A DNA stretch of 64,000 bases, from the NCBI GenBank assembly GCA_963706575.1, contig CAVPNL010000005.1:331556-395555 (forward strand), in the 5' to 3' direction. This document shows positions 50,910-60,215 of the stretch, in pieces. The position numbers and the translations under genes were made by a program. This stretch comes from an uncultured delta proteobacterium. GTDB lineage: Bacteria > Desulfobacterota > Desulfobacteria > Desulfobacterales > JAHEIW01. The notes beneath the pieces were generated by a model. That model was not told the DNA's origin. It was given only the letters and a program-made list of their open reading frames with translations, and searched no databases. Each line of letters opens with the position of its first letter. Position 1 is the first letter of the stretch.

Positions 50910-50925
50910 TGGCATACCTTGTGCT
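50910..50925 (+). promoter_or_regulatory. Sigma-54 promoter
   Basis: TGGCATACCTTGTGCT. Confidence 0.75.
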
Positions 50926-50992
50926 TTGAATTAGGACGGAAATCAATGGTCTAAAGGCATTTCAAATTTTTAGGAATAAAAGGAGGATTAAA

Positions 50993-51742
50993 ATGTTAGT
51001 CAAAAATTGGATGTGTAAAAACGTTGTCACTATAGATGTGAACGATTCGATGCAGGACGCCATGAAGCAGTTAAAAGAACATAGCATTCGCATGTTGCCG
51101 GTTATGAAAAATGGTAAACTCGTCGGCATCGTAACGGATCGAGATCTTAAAAAGGCATCTGCATCCGATGCCACCACGTTGGAGATTCATGAACTCCTGT
51201 TCCTTCTTACAAAGATTAAAGTCAAAGACATCATGACCAAAAATCCGATTACCGTGCCGCCGGACTACACCGCAGAAGAAACCGCTCAGGTGCTTCTAGA
51301 GAGCAAAATATCCGGTGCTCCTGTGGTCGATGATGGCGGACAAGTTGTCGGTACCATTACCCAAACAGATTTATTTCGGGTTCTTATTTCACTCACAGGT
51401 GTAGGAAAAGGTGGCATCCAGTTTGGCTTTCAAATTGAAGACAGACCTGGCTCGATTAAGGAAGTTGAAAATATTATCCGGCAATATGGCGGTAGAATGG
51501 TCAGTATTCTGACATCCTATGACGCTGTTCCAATGGGGTATCGCAAGGTTTACATCCGTATGCACAGCATCGAGCGATCCAAGCTAAAAAGACTCAAAGA
51601 AAAACTCAGCGAAATAGCTGCATTTCTCTACATGATCGATCAGCGGGAAAATAGTCGAGAAATTTTGCTCAGAGAAGATGAATTAGAAAGGAGAATCCGC
51701 GATGAAAAAGAAACCACAGCGCAAACTATTAGTCCCTGTTGA
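50993..51742 (+). CDS. CBS-pair + ACT domain protein (AcuB-like)
   Basis: MLVKNWM, LPVM..GKLVGIVTDRDLK, IMTKNP, GAPVV, EDRPGSIKEV ACT motif. Confidence 0.85.
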   Translation: MLVKNWMCKNVVTIDVNDSMQDAMKQLKEHSIRMLPVMKNGKLVGIVTDRDLKKASASDATTLEIHELLFLLTKIKVKDIMTKNPITVPPDYTAEETAQVLLESKISGAPVVDDGGQVVGTITQTDLFRVLISLTGVGKGGIQFGFQIEDRPGSIKEVENIIRQYGGRMVSILTSYDAVPMGYRKVYIRMHSIERSKLKRLKEKLSEIAAFLYMIDQRENSREILLREDELERRIRDEKETTAQTISPC

Positions 51743-52637
51743 CGGATCGGATCGTTCGATTAATACGGTCAAGTACATCTCAAAGTTCGAACCTTTTCGT
51801 CGCATGCGGGTTATTTTATTTCATGTGTTCAGTAAGGTACCCGAGGGATTTTGGGACCTAGAAACTGATCCCAGAAGCACCTCGACCGTCAAGGAGGTTC
51901 GCGCATGGGAGGTTCAGCAAAAAAGAAATATCAACCAATATATGGAAATAGCGCGTCAGTTCTTAATAAAAACCGGCTTTCCTTCCAATTCCATAGAGGT
52001 AAAAATTCAGAATAGAAAAGAAGGTTTTGCCAGAGATATCATTCGAGAAGCGCGAAATGGCTATTATGCAGTTGTCACGCGACGGCGCGGAATGACCGGA
52101 TTGAGAGGAATCGTGCTGGGCAGTGTGGCCACCAAGCTGGTCGAAAAACTTTCCTTTTTACCGCTTATATTGGTCGGCAGAAAGCCGCCCGGCAACAAGA
52201 TACTGCTGGGTTTTGACGGATCCGAAGGGTCGCTGCGCGCCGTTGATTTTGTCGGCAGTACCATGGGTGGATTCGGTTTCAAGGCAAAATTAATTTACGT
52301 CATCCGAGGAAAAGAAAACGACGACCCGCACACTCAGCTATTATATTCCCCTGCGAAATATACAGATACGGCCCGAAAACAGATGACCACCGACTTGGCT
52401 TTGGCAGGGGAAAAACTGGCCGATCTGGGTTTTAAGCCGCATCAGATTTCCACCGAGCTGATTAGCGGCGCTGCCAGTCGTGCGCGCGCCATCGTTGCAG
52501 AAGCCAAACAAAATGGGTACGGAACCATTGTGATGGGAAGAAGAGGGCACTCGAAGGTTCGTGACTTCTTTATCGGTCGGGTGACCAACAAAGTCATTCA
52601 TCTGGCGCGGGATAAAACGGTTTGGATCATTCGGTAG
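51702..52637 (+). CDS. Tandem universal stress protein
   Basis: LLVPVDGS...RRG..LGSVA; ILLGFDGS...MGRRG..IGRV. Confidence 0.9.
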   Translation: MKKKPQRKLLVPVDGSDRSINTVKYISKFEPFRRMRVILFHVFSKVPEGFWDLETDPRSTSTVKEVRAWEVQQKRNINQYMEIARQFLIKTGFPSNSIEVKIQNRKEGFARDIIREARNGYYAVVTRRRGMTGLRGIVLGSVATKLVEKLSFLPLILVGRKPPGNKILLGFDGSEGSLRAVDFVGSTMGGFGFKAKLIYVIRGKENDDPHTQLLYSPAKYTDTARKQMTTDLALAGEKLADLGFKPHQISTELISGAASRARAIVAEAKQNGYGTIVMGRRGHSKVRDFFIGRVTNKVIHLARDKTVWIIR

Positions 52638-52698
52638 GAAATCAAATGCGGCTGGAGCGGATTAATTCACGGAATTAAGGCCGAAGGAGCACGATTCG

Positions 52699-53376
52699 AT
52701 GCTGGTCAAAAATTGGATGAGTCAACCCGCAATCACGGTTGATGCCGATACTTTATTGCAAGAGGCGGATCGCCTGGCAAAAAGGCATGAGATCCACATG
52801 CTGCCGGTTTTGCAAGATGGACGGCTGGCCGGGATCGTCACGGATCGAGACATGAAAGGGGCATCTGCTTCGGATATCCCTGAAAAGAAAAATAAAGAAA
52901 ATCGTCATCTACTCCCAGAGCTGGAAGTCAAAAAGATAATGACCCCGAATCCCGTTACGGTTTCTTATACTTGTACTTTGGACGAAGCGGTCGAGAAGTT
53001 ATTGGTGCACAACATTTCCGGATTGCCGGTGGTGAACCAGCAGCAAAAGGTGATCGGGGTTATTACCAAATCCGATCTTTTCCAATTGATCCTCATTCTT
53101 ACGGGTTACGGGAAAAAGGGGCTTGTAATGGCCATAGAGGTGAAGGACCGGCCAGGAAGCCTCGAAGCAATCACCGATATCATCCGTGATTATGGTGGAC
53201 GTATTTCCAGTATTTTATCTACCTCTGAACGGGCCGATAAGGGAAATCGCAGAGTGTATATGCGTGTCTTTGATATCGATCAACCCAGCCGACAGCATTT
53301 CAAAGAAGCCGTCACAGAAATCGCAACTTTACTTTACATCGTCGATCAAAATGAAAAAAAAGGCAAATGGTTTTAA
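52699..53376 (+). CDS. CBS-pair + ACT domain protein (AcuB-like), paralog
   Basis: MLVKNWM, GIVTDRDMK, GLPVV, KDRPGSL. Confidence 0.85.
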   Translation: MLVKNWMSQPAITVDADTLLQEADRLAKRHEIHMLPVLQDGRLAGIVTDRDMKGASASDIPEKKNKENRHLLPELEVKKIMTPNPVTVSYTCTLDEAVEKLLVHNISGLPVVNQQQKVIGVITKSDLFQLILILTGYGKKGLVMAIEVKDRPGSLEAITDIIRDYGGRISSILSTSERADKGNRRVYMRVFDIDQPSRQHFKEAVTEIATLLYIVDQNEKKGKWF

Positions 53377-53389
53377 CGATTTCAGTGCA

Positions 53390-53986
53390 ATGGATGCACG
53401 GTTTATTTTAAGACCGTCTGGAACGCTCACCCCCCAGCATCTAAAGCTGGTGGCCAGTTCCTATCCGGATAATTACGAAGAGCATATAACCACGGCTAAA
53501 GGGGTCTCTATTTTCATCCGGCCCATTCGGCCTGAAGATGCCTCGCTTCTGCTTGAACTTTTTGAATCACTTTCTCCGCGAAGTGTATATTTAAGATTCT
53601 TCACGCTGATGAAACGTCTACCGGATAGCATGCTCGTTGGGTTTACTCAGATCAATTATGACCGCCATATTGCACTCGTTGCGATAACGGAATCGCAGCC
53701 GCAAGAGAAAATGCTTGGAGATGCCCGAGTCATTTTAGGCCCCAATCACAGTGAAGCTGAATTTTCTGTCGTTGTCAGCGAGCCGTGGCAGGGAAAAGGG
53801 ATCGGCGCGGCCCTGTTACTGCGTTGTCTTCAAATTGCCAAAGATCGCGGAGTTCAAAAAGTAGCCGGAATTGTTCTGGCTGAAAATACCCAAATGCTGG
53901 CATTGGGCCGAAAATTAGGTTTCAAAATCAGAAAAGAACAGGACGTTCCTGAGTATGAATTGAGCATCGATCTCGGGGAAAATTGA
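53390..53986 (+). CDS. Stand-alone GNAT acetyltransferase resembling the Pat/PatZ GNAT domain (start could be 53351)
   Basis: IRPIRPED, LS..S.YLRFF, TQINYDRHIALVA, AEFSVVV...WQGKGIG, VLAENTQML.L.RKLGF. Confidence 0.8.
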   Translation: MDARFILRPSGTLTPQHLKLVASSYPDNYEEHITTAKGVSIFIRPIRPEDASLLLELFESLSPRSVYLRFFTLMKRLPDSMLVGFTQINYDRHIALVAITESQPQEKMLGDARVILGPNHSEAEFSVVVSEPWQGKGIGAALLLRCLQIAKDRGVQKVAGIVLAENTQMLALGRKLGFKIRKEQDVPEYELSIDLGEN

Positions 53987-54082
53987 GTGCCCCAGCACCC
54001 TTACGTATGTAAGGGATGAAAATGAAAAATAAACCAGATTTATTTAAAGGGAAAACCTCAACAAGGGGAAAGGAGAAGGACC

Positions 54083-54529
54083 ATGTATAAAAAAATTCTG
54101 GTTCCGCTGGATGGTTCTAAACGGTCAGAAATGATTCTGCCCCATGTACAAGATTTGGCAAGCCGATACCAGGCGACGGTCATATTTTTGATGTCTCTTG
54201 AATATACGTTTGCCACGGGTGTCGAAGGTGGGTTCATTGAGTTTAGTGAAAAGGACTTTAACCGTAAACAAGACGAGGTCAAATCCTACCTTAAAAAAAT
54301 TGCCGATAAATTTGCCGGGGAAAAAATAAAAGCTGAAACCCGAATAGCTTCAGGACCGGCGGTCGCCGCCATCATTGAGACGGCCGGCAAGGATAATGTG
54401 GACCTTATCGCCATGACGAGCCACGGAGGGGGAGCGCTTAGCCGGGTGTTTTACGGCAGTGTCGCATCCGGGGTTTTAAATCGCGTGGATCGCCCGCTGT
54501 TGGTTATTCGTACCAGAAAATCGGAATAA
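54083..54529 (+). CDS. Universal stress protein
   Basis: KKILVPLDGS; DLIAMTSHG...YGSVA..VL. Confidence 0.9.
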   Translation: MYKKILVPLDGSKRSEMILPHVQDLASRYQATVIFLMSLEYTFATGVEGGFIEFSEKDFNRKQDEVKSYLKKIADKFAGEKIKAETRIASGPAVAAIIETAGKDNVDLIAMTSHGGGALSRVFYGSVASGVLNRVDRPLLVIRTRKSE

Positions 54530-54963
54530 CACGGCCAACATCGACCGGCCGGCGTGCGCCAAGCGGTTCAGCATGATATGGGAAAGGGAGATCATCCCCT
54601 TCCTTACCATCCCAAATTACTCGCTTCGGTTTAGTGGCGTTCGCAACCCTATAAATGAGACCTTCTGATAATCAAATTTATCTGGCAGCTGACGTTACCG
54701 CTATCATTCTGTCCCATCATTGGGGCAAGAGCGGCCAGCTGATCCAAATTGCAAACAATACAAATTAAGGAGAGATCCACACATCCGTTGTTGTCTCCGG
54801 CACCAACCGTCCATCCAATAATAAATGCAGCCCATCAGGCTCTGGCAAAATTACGTATGAAATAATTCAGCATGAACCATTTAAAAAGGTGGCGTGAACT
54901 TAGGATTGCAACGATTTTTTTTGAATTTAAGGTTTCAATTTTTATTACATCCCAAAACCGATT

Positions 54964-55770
54964 TTATTCGGGATCCGTCCGTTTCCATTTGTAAGGCAGC
55001 TCTTGAATGGACCCCGGTTCGGTCATGGTCTGCAAGGCCTGCAGCGCATCTAAAATAATGCGCCGCTGGCGTTTGACGTTGCCCGGTTCACCGAACATAC
55101 TGCCACGTGCAAACTTGACGAGCATGGCCCGGGGCGGCTTGATGTGCGCCATTCGATCGGCGGCATTGCCCATAGAGATTGTGGGAATCCCTGCTTCCTC
55201 GACCAGGCGTTGAATCAGACCCACGGTCTGATGACATTTCGGTCAGACCGGCACCAGAAAAAGAACGTCGACCCCGGCGGCTTTGATGCGGGAAATAAAT
55301 TCCGGAACCGTTTTTTTGACCAGAGAAACAGCGTCGTTGACATAGCTGAAGCTATAGTGCGTATCGGTCAATTTGCCGATGATGCCTTCACTTTCCAGTT
55401 CCACGAAGCGCTGGATGGGAAAGACGATGTTGAAGTCTTGCTCCGTCAGGCTGTGATCGTAATGCTTATGGGCAATGCCGATGTCTTGCTGGCGGACGGT
55501 TTTAGGAATTTCACGATAGGATACATCGCCGTGGATGGACTCGGTGTCAAACGGCGGCTGGCTCTCTTTGAGATAAATACCGCCGGTGGTCGCTATAGCG
55601 AAGGTTTGATTTGACGGCTGACCGGTGTAATTCGTCCAGGGAACATCATCGGGCGCAACAAAAGGGTACTTCTTGATAATCTCCTTCATATTACCTGCCC
55701 GGTAATCCGGCAGGCTTTCCTCTACCCATTTTTTGTAGGCGGGTTCAAACGCATCAAGATCAAACGGCAT
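54964..55770 (-). CDS. PrdB/GrdB-family selenoprotein (UGA at 55245-55243, UxxC motif)
   Basis: ORFs 55243..55770 and 54964..55224 are in frame: ..TTGG..QPPFD..GD.SYR..H.HYD..D.N.VFP..DVLFLVPV-U-PKCHQTVGLIQR.VEEAGIPT. Perfect hairpin ATCAGACC-GTG-GGTCTGAT begins 10 nt after the UGA. Confidence 0.9.
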
Positions 55771-55789
55771 TAGTTCTCCTTTCTATGGA

Positions 55790-56953
55790 TTATGTTTTTT
55801 GTTTTCCACTACTTGCGGTTCGGATAAATACGGCCAGCAAAGCCCCCACAACAGGGGCAAGTGCCAAAACCCACATCACTGAATATAGCCCAACCTTATC
55901 GGCCAGAAATCCCGAGAAGGCGGTCCCCAGTCCGCCGGTACCGAATCCAAGTCCCAGAATCAGACCGGAGGCCAACCCCACATATTGCGGCATGAGCTCC
56001 TGGGCGACCACGATCGTAACCGCAAAAGATGCCAGAAGGGCCGCGCCGGAAGCTGCGGCCAGCAACCAGATCCACCCACCTTTGCACAATATCATCAAGG
56101 AAGCAAGTACGGGGTATATCAACATGCTGACAACGATGACGCGCCTTCGGCCGAAACGGTCCGAAATGTACCCGCCGTAAAGCCCGGCGACAGCGCCGCC
56201 GACCAAAAACACCGTAAGCATCAGGCTGCCTGTTTTCAATTGGATGCCCTGAGTCTGAAAAAACATGGGCAGGTAAGTCAGAAAGCTGACATACACCCAT
56301 GATCGCAAGGTCACGATGAGGCACACTGCGATCAAGGAACCCCATGGAATGTTCCGCAATGCCCTGTTGAAATCCTTTGAAGATTTCTCTTGAACCGCGG
56401 GCTCCGGTCTTAAAAAATCTCTACGGTAAAAAAAAATGAGCATGCAAAGCAGCACTGCCGGTGCCAGCAACCCAAGGGTCGCATGCAGCCCGAAACCGAG
56501 CACCAAAAAACTTCCCACCACAGGGCCGAGGGCAAATCCCAGGTTGCCCCCGGTGGTGAAGACGGCTGCGCCGAAACCAAGCCGGGACCCGCTGACAAAA
56601 TAAACATCCATCATCGCCCGCGGGTGAAAAGCTGCCGTTCCCAGGCCTGCCAGCCCGACCAAAAGGACAGCCATGGGATAATTGGCAGACCAGCCCAGCA
56701 GACCCATGGCGAGAGCCGTCCAGAGAATCCCGACCGGAACGAACCACGCTGTGGAAAAACGGTCGGAAATGTATCCAGATGCGGGTTGAATAACCGATGA
56801 GGTCAGGTTAAGAACGGCCATGATAAAGCCGACCTGAAAATAACTTAGTGAAAACAGCTCTTTGAGTTTAACCAGAGCCACCGGCAGGATCGCCTGGGAG
56901 GCATCGACCCAGACATGTCCCAAAAACAACAGTAAAAGAGGAATCTTTTTCAT
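55790..56953 (-). CDS. MFS transporter (Fsr-like)
   Basis: GH..VD, QP.SGYISDRF, AAFHP, GGNLGFALGP, GYISDRFGRR. Confidence 0.85.
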   Translation of the reverse strand: MKKIPLLLLFLGHVWVDASQAILPVALVKLKELFSLSYFQVGFIMAVLNLTSSVIQPASGYISDRFSTAWFVPVGILWTALAMGLLGWSANYPMAVLLVGLAGLGTAAFHPRAMMDVYFVSGSRLGFGAAVFTTGGNLGFALGPVVGSFLVLGFGLHATLGLLAPAVLLCMLIFFYRRDFLRPEPAVQEKSSKDFNRALRNIPWGSLIAVCLIVTLRSWVYVSFLTYLPMFFQTQGIQLKTGSLMLTVFLVGGAVAGLYGGYISDRFGRRRVIVVSMLIYPVLASLMILCKGGWIWLLAAASGAALLASFAVTIVVAQELMPQYVGLASGLILGLGFGTGGLGTAFSGFLADKVGLYSVMWVLALAPVVGALLAVFIRTASSGKQKT

Positions 56954-56972
56954 AAATCAGATTTAATCCGCT

Positions 56973-59195
56973 CTAATCCTCTTCCAATATTCTGACTTCG
57001 TTTGTTCGGATGCGCAGGCGATCGCTTATTTCCAGGGCGATATTGCGAACCAGTTTGATCGCTATTTGCGGGCTTTCGCTTTTCAAGACACTAAATTCAG
57101 CGGGAGACAGCACGTATGTTTCGGAGTCCTCGTCTGACCAGACATCGGCTGAGCGCGGGCTGGCGTCTAAAAACGCCATCTCCCCAAAGGTTACCCCCGG
57201 GCTATAGGTGATGAGCCGTTTGTAACGATCACTTTCCGAGAGGTGAATCCTGACACTTACCAATCCTTTTGCCAGCAAGAACAAATTTCGATCGGTATCG
57301 CCTTCTTTTACAATAATTTCGCCTTTGCTGAATGTTTTACGCGTCAACTTCTGTTTTAAATCATCAATTTCCTGCGGGGTGAAATCTCTGAGAATATCCA
57401 TCTGTTCGAGCTGAATTCGGTCGGATGCGCCTGCAAGTTCAAGTGACTGGGTCAGCACGTTATCCTCGGCCCATTCAAGGGCGGCATCGGTATCCGGGAA
57501 AAAACAGTCTTCCCCCAGGGTTTTATATACTCCCATCGCTTTGAGGAAATCCGATAATGAAGGGTTGTCCATCAGGTAACTGATCAGCAGATATTTGCCG
57601 GACGCTGATATTTTTTTACTGATCTGCCCCAGAATCTTAGCGCCGGTGCTGTCGATCTCATTGACGCGCTTCATGTCAAGAATGCAATAGGTGTGATGGC
57701 TTATCGCGCGCTCGATTTCCCCGGCAAGATTGTCGGCCGAGCCGAAAAACAACGGCCCGCGGAGTTCATAAACGATGATTCCTTTGGCGCGATCCTCCAG
57801 CAGCAGATTGTTTTTAATGCTGCGAACTTTTTTAGAACGTATCTGCTCACCGGAATATTTTCTTTTAACGATTGATTTGCCCATTCTAACAACGAATAAC
57901 CCGGACGCAATTGCGATCCCGATCAAAACGGCAACAATCAGATTGACGCACACCGTGATAACCGCCACCACAATGGTCACGGCCAGGTTCGCCATGATCC
58001 TTTTCTGCTGTTCTTGAGCTTGGGGCAGGTTTCGAATCAGATCTAAGATCCATCTGTCAAACAATCCAATACCAACCGATACGATGATTCCGGCAATGAC
58101 GGTCAATGGAATTTTTCCGATGACCGATCCCAGCGTCATTACAATTAAAAGGATTAAAAGCCCGCAAATCAGACTGGACAGGCGCGTCCTTCCGCCGGCC
58201 CGGTAATTTGCCATGTTATGCAGTTCTGATCCCGCGGAGGGCAGGGCGGAAAAGACGGCATTCATCATATTGCCGATGCCCTGGCCGATGAGTTCTTTGT
58301 TACTTTTGTGGCGCGTGCCGGCGATATTATCTGCGGCCACAGAGCTGAGCAAAGATTCAAGCGCACCGATCGAGCCCAGCACAAATCCGGTAAGCAAGAT
58401 GCGTGCAAAAAGATCGGCCAGATCGATATGGCCGAGTAATCTGAAAGCGTCGGGAAAAATATCGGGTTTGGGCCATTGAAAAGAAAAATTCCCGATGACC
58501 GGACCTAAAGCAGATGCGCCCGGGATATTCTTCAGGGCGTAAAATAATGCGGTTCCGATCACAAGCCCGATGAGCGAGGCCGGCACCGCTTTGATAAAGC
58601 GCCTGGCGAAGAAAATCACGATGATGGTTGTCAACCCCACGACCAGCGTTAAAGGTTGAACAACGGTGGGGGTGTGAAAAATTTCAAGCAGACCGACGTG
58701 ACCCCGGGCGCCGGTCAGCGGCCCGATTTGTTCCAAAATAAGGATAACCCCGATCCCGTTCATGAACCCCGAAACAACCGGATAGGGGACATATTTGATC
58801 AGATTCCCCAACCTTAGCGTTCCGAACAGAAACTGGACGATGCCGGCGATTAAAACACACAAAGATGCCAGACCGACAATCAGGATATTGCGGGAAGCAA
58901 CATCGGGGATTTGCAGACTCAAAGCCAGAGGGGCGACAAAAGCGGCCAGCAGGAGCGACAACGGCGCCTTGGGGGCCGTAATCTGTATCTCCGTCCCGCC
59001 AAGCAAGGCGGCGCAAATACCTCCCAGAAGACAGGCGTAAATTCCCAAAAGGGCCGCAAACGGGAGAAATTCGGCACCCAGGGGGCCATAAACGATAATG
59101 CCGTATCCGATGGAAAGCGGTATGGAAATGATGGCAGCAGATATGGCGCCGGAGAGATCCCCTTTGATATTGACCAGCCGCTTTCTCAGATTCAT
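56973..59195 (-). CDS. SulP/SLC26 anion transporter with STAS and C-terminal cNMP-binding domain
   Basis: GDLSGA, P.PVVSGFMNG, ESLLS, ELIGQGIGN, GPLFFGSA, EIDSTG, FGEMAFLD..PRSA. Confidence 0.9.
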   Translation of the reverse strand: MNLRKRLVNIKGDLSGAISAAIISIPLSIGYGIIVYGPLGAEFLPFAALLGIYACLLGGICAALLGGTEIQITAPKAPLSLLLAAFVAPLALSLQIPDVASRNILIVGLASLCVLIAGIVQFLFGTLRLGNLIKYVPYPVVSGFMNGIGVILILEQIGPLTGARGHVGLLEIFHTPTVVQPLTLVVGLTTIIVIFFARRFIKAVPASLIGLVIGTALFYALKNIPGASALGPVIGNFSFQWPKPDIFPDAFRLLGHIDLADLFARILLTGFVLGSIGALESLLSSVAADNIAGTRHKSNKELIGQGIGNMMNAVFSALPSAGSELHNMANYRAGGRTRLSSLICGLLILLIVMTLGSVIGKIPLTVIAGIIVSVGIGLFDRWILDLIRNLPQAQEQQKRIMANLAVTIVVAVITVCVNLIVAVLIGIAIASGLFVVRMGKSIVKRKYSGEQIRSKKVRSIKNNLLLEDRAKGIIVYELRGPLFFGSADNLAGEIERAISHHTYCILDMKRVNEIDSTGAKILGQISKKISASGKYLLISYLMDNPSLSDFLKAMGVYKTLGEDCFFPDTDAALEWAEDNVLTQSLELAGASDRIQLEQMDILRDFTPQEIDDLKQKLTRKTFSKGEIIVKEGDTDRNLFLLAKGLVSVRIHLSESDRYKRLITYSPGVTFGEMAFLDASPRSADVWSDEDSETYVLSPAEFSVLKSESPQIAIKLVRNIALEISDRLRIRTNEVRILEED

Positions 59196-59263
59196 TGATT
59201 ACCCCGTGTCTTGTTCAAAACGCACCTGCGGTACTATTTTAAAAGGAAGTTTTGAAGCCGGTT

Positions 59264-60202
59264 CTAGTCCTTCTGTTGCCGCTTTATACAGTCATTGATC
59301 ACTTTTTGGACTTTTTCGGGTGAAAGACGGCTGCCGGTTTTGCGCGGCGAGCCGCCAATGATTGCGCTTCCACCCCAGCAATTTTCCTGTGAGGACAGGC
59401 CCTCAGCTTTATTCAAGGCGCCATAGATACGTTCCAGAGGAAACATGACAAAAGGTGACATTTTGCCGATTGTGTAAGCGTAGGTATCGTCTTTGTTTTC
59501 AACCAGAGCGACATATGCTTTTATTTTTTCGGAGAACAGTTTTGTGCGCGCGTAGGGCCCTTTTTCGTCGATCAGCTGCCATCCGGGGCCACCGCCAATC
59601 TTCTCAAAGCGTGTGTCCAATTCGATTTCACCGCAGCGCCCGTCAATGGCCGCATCAATTCTGGCGCACACCGACCATAGGATATCTTTCATTTCTTTTT
59701 GCGACATGCTGTAAAGGCTTCCATCCGTTCGCGCCCGGGTATACGGTTCATAGATCCAGGCCTGCCGGTGAATTTGCGGATTGGCCGGATTCATCGGATA
59801 GGCCCCTGCGGAGGCATCAAGGATATCTTCAAATAATATCAATTGAACCAAAACGTTATCAAACCTTAATCCCTCCAGTTTTGCGGAATTTTTCAGCAGC
59901 CAGCAGGCCAGACAAACATCCTGATCCACATCGTTTATGTAGACGCGGGCATTCGGCTCTCCGTTTTTTTGGAAGGTGTCCAGCAGTCCCAGGCGAATAT
60001 AATAATAGACCTGTGCGCAGGTGCTGCGGGTGGCAATGCGGGCCACGCCCTCATGATGATTGAAGTTGGCATAAGGTCCCTGAATTAAAAAATGCGGAGG
60101 ACCTTTCACATAGCCGTCAAGGGCAATTGAAAATCGTGGCTTGGAATCGATGAAATCCTGCCACGTCATTACCACTCTCGGTTCTAAATAAACGCGAATC
60201 AT
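59264..60202 (-). CDS. Hypothetical protein, possible DHH-like phosphoesterase fold
   Basis: Long clean ORF directly after asnA. Motifs ALDG, NFNHH, NDVDQD, WGGS..IGGSPR. Confidence 0.6.
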   Translation of the reverse strand: MIRVYLEPRVVMTWQDFIDSKPRFSIALDGYVKGPPHFLIQGPYANFNHHEGVARIATRSTCAQVYYYIRLGLLDTFQKNGEPNARVYINDVDQDVCLACWLLKNSAKLEGLRFDNVLVQLILFEDILDASAGAYPMNPANPQIHRQAWIYEPYTRARTDGSLYSMSQKEMKDILWSVCARIDAAIDGRCGEIELDTRFEKIGGGPGWQLIDEKGPYARTKLFSEKIKAYVALVENKDDTYAYTIGKMSPFVMFPLERIYGALNKAEGLSSQENCWGGSAIIGGSPRKTGSRLSPEKVQKVINDCIKRQQKD

Positions 60203-60215
60203 AGCAATACCCGCC

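Noticed and set aside
53998..54015. Hairpin CCCTTAC-GTAT-GTAAGGG as a terminator
   Set aside because: No U-tract on the transcribed strand.
54530..54960. Intergenic region as an sRNA or small ORF
   Set aside because: Only a ~37-codon ORF without an RBS and weak hairpins; nothing supportable.
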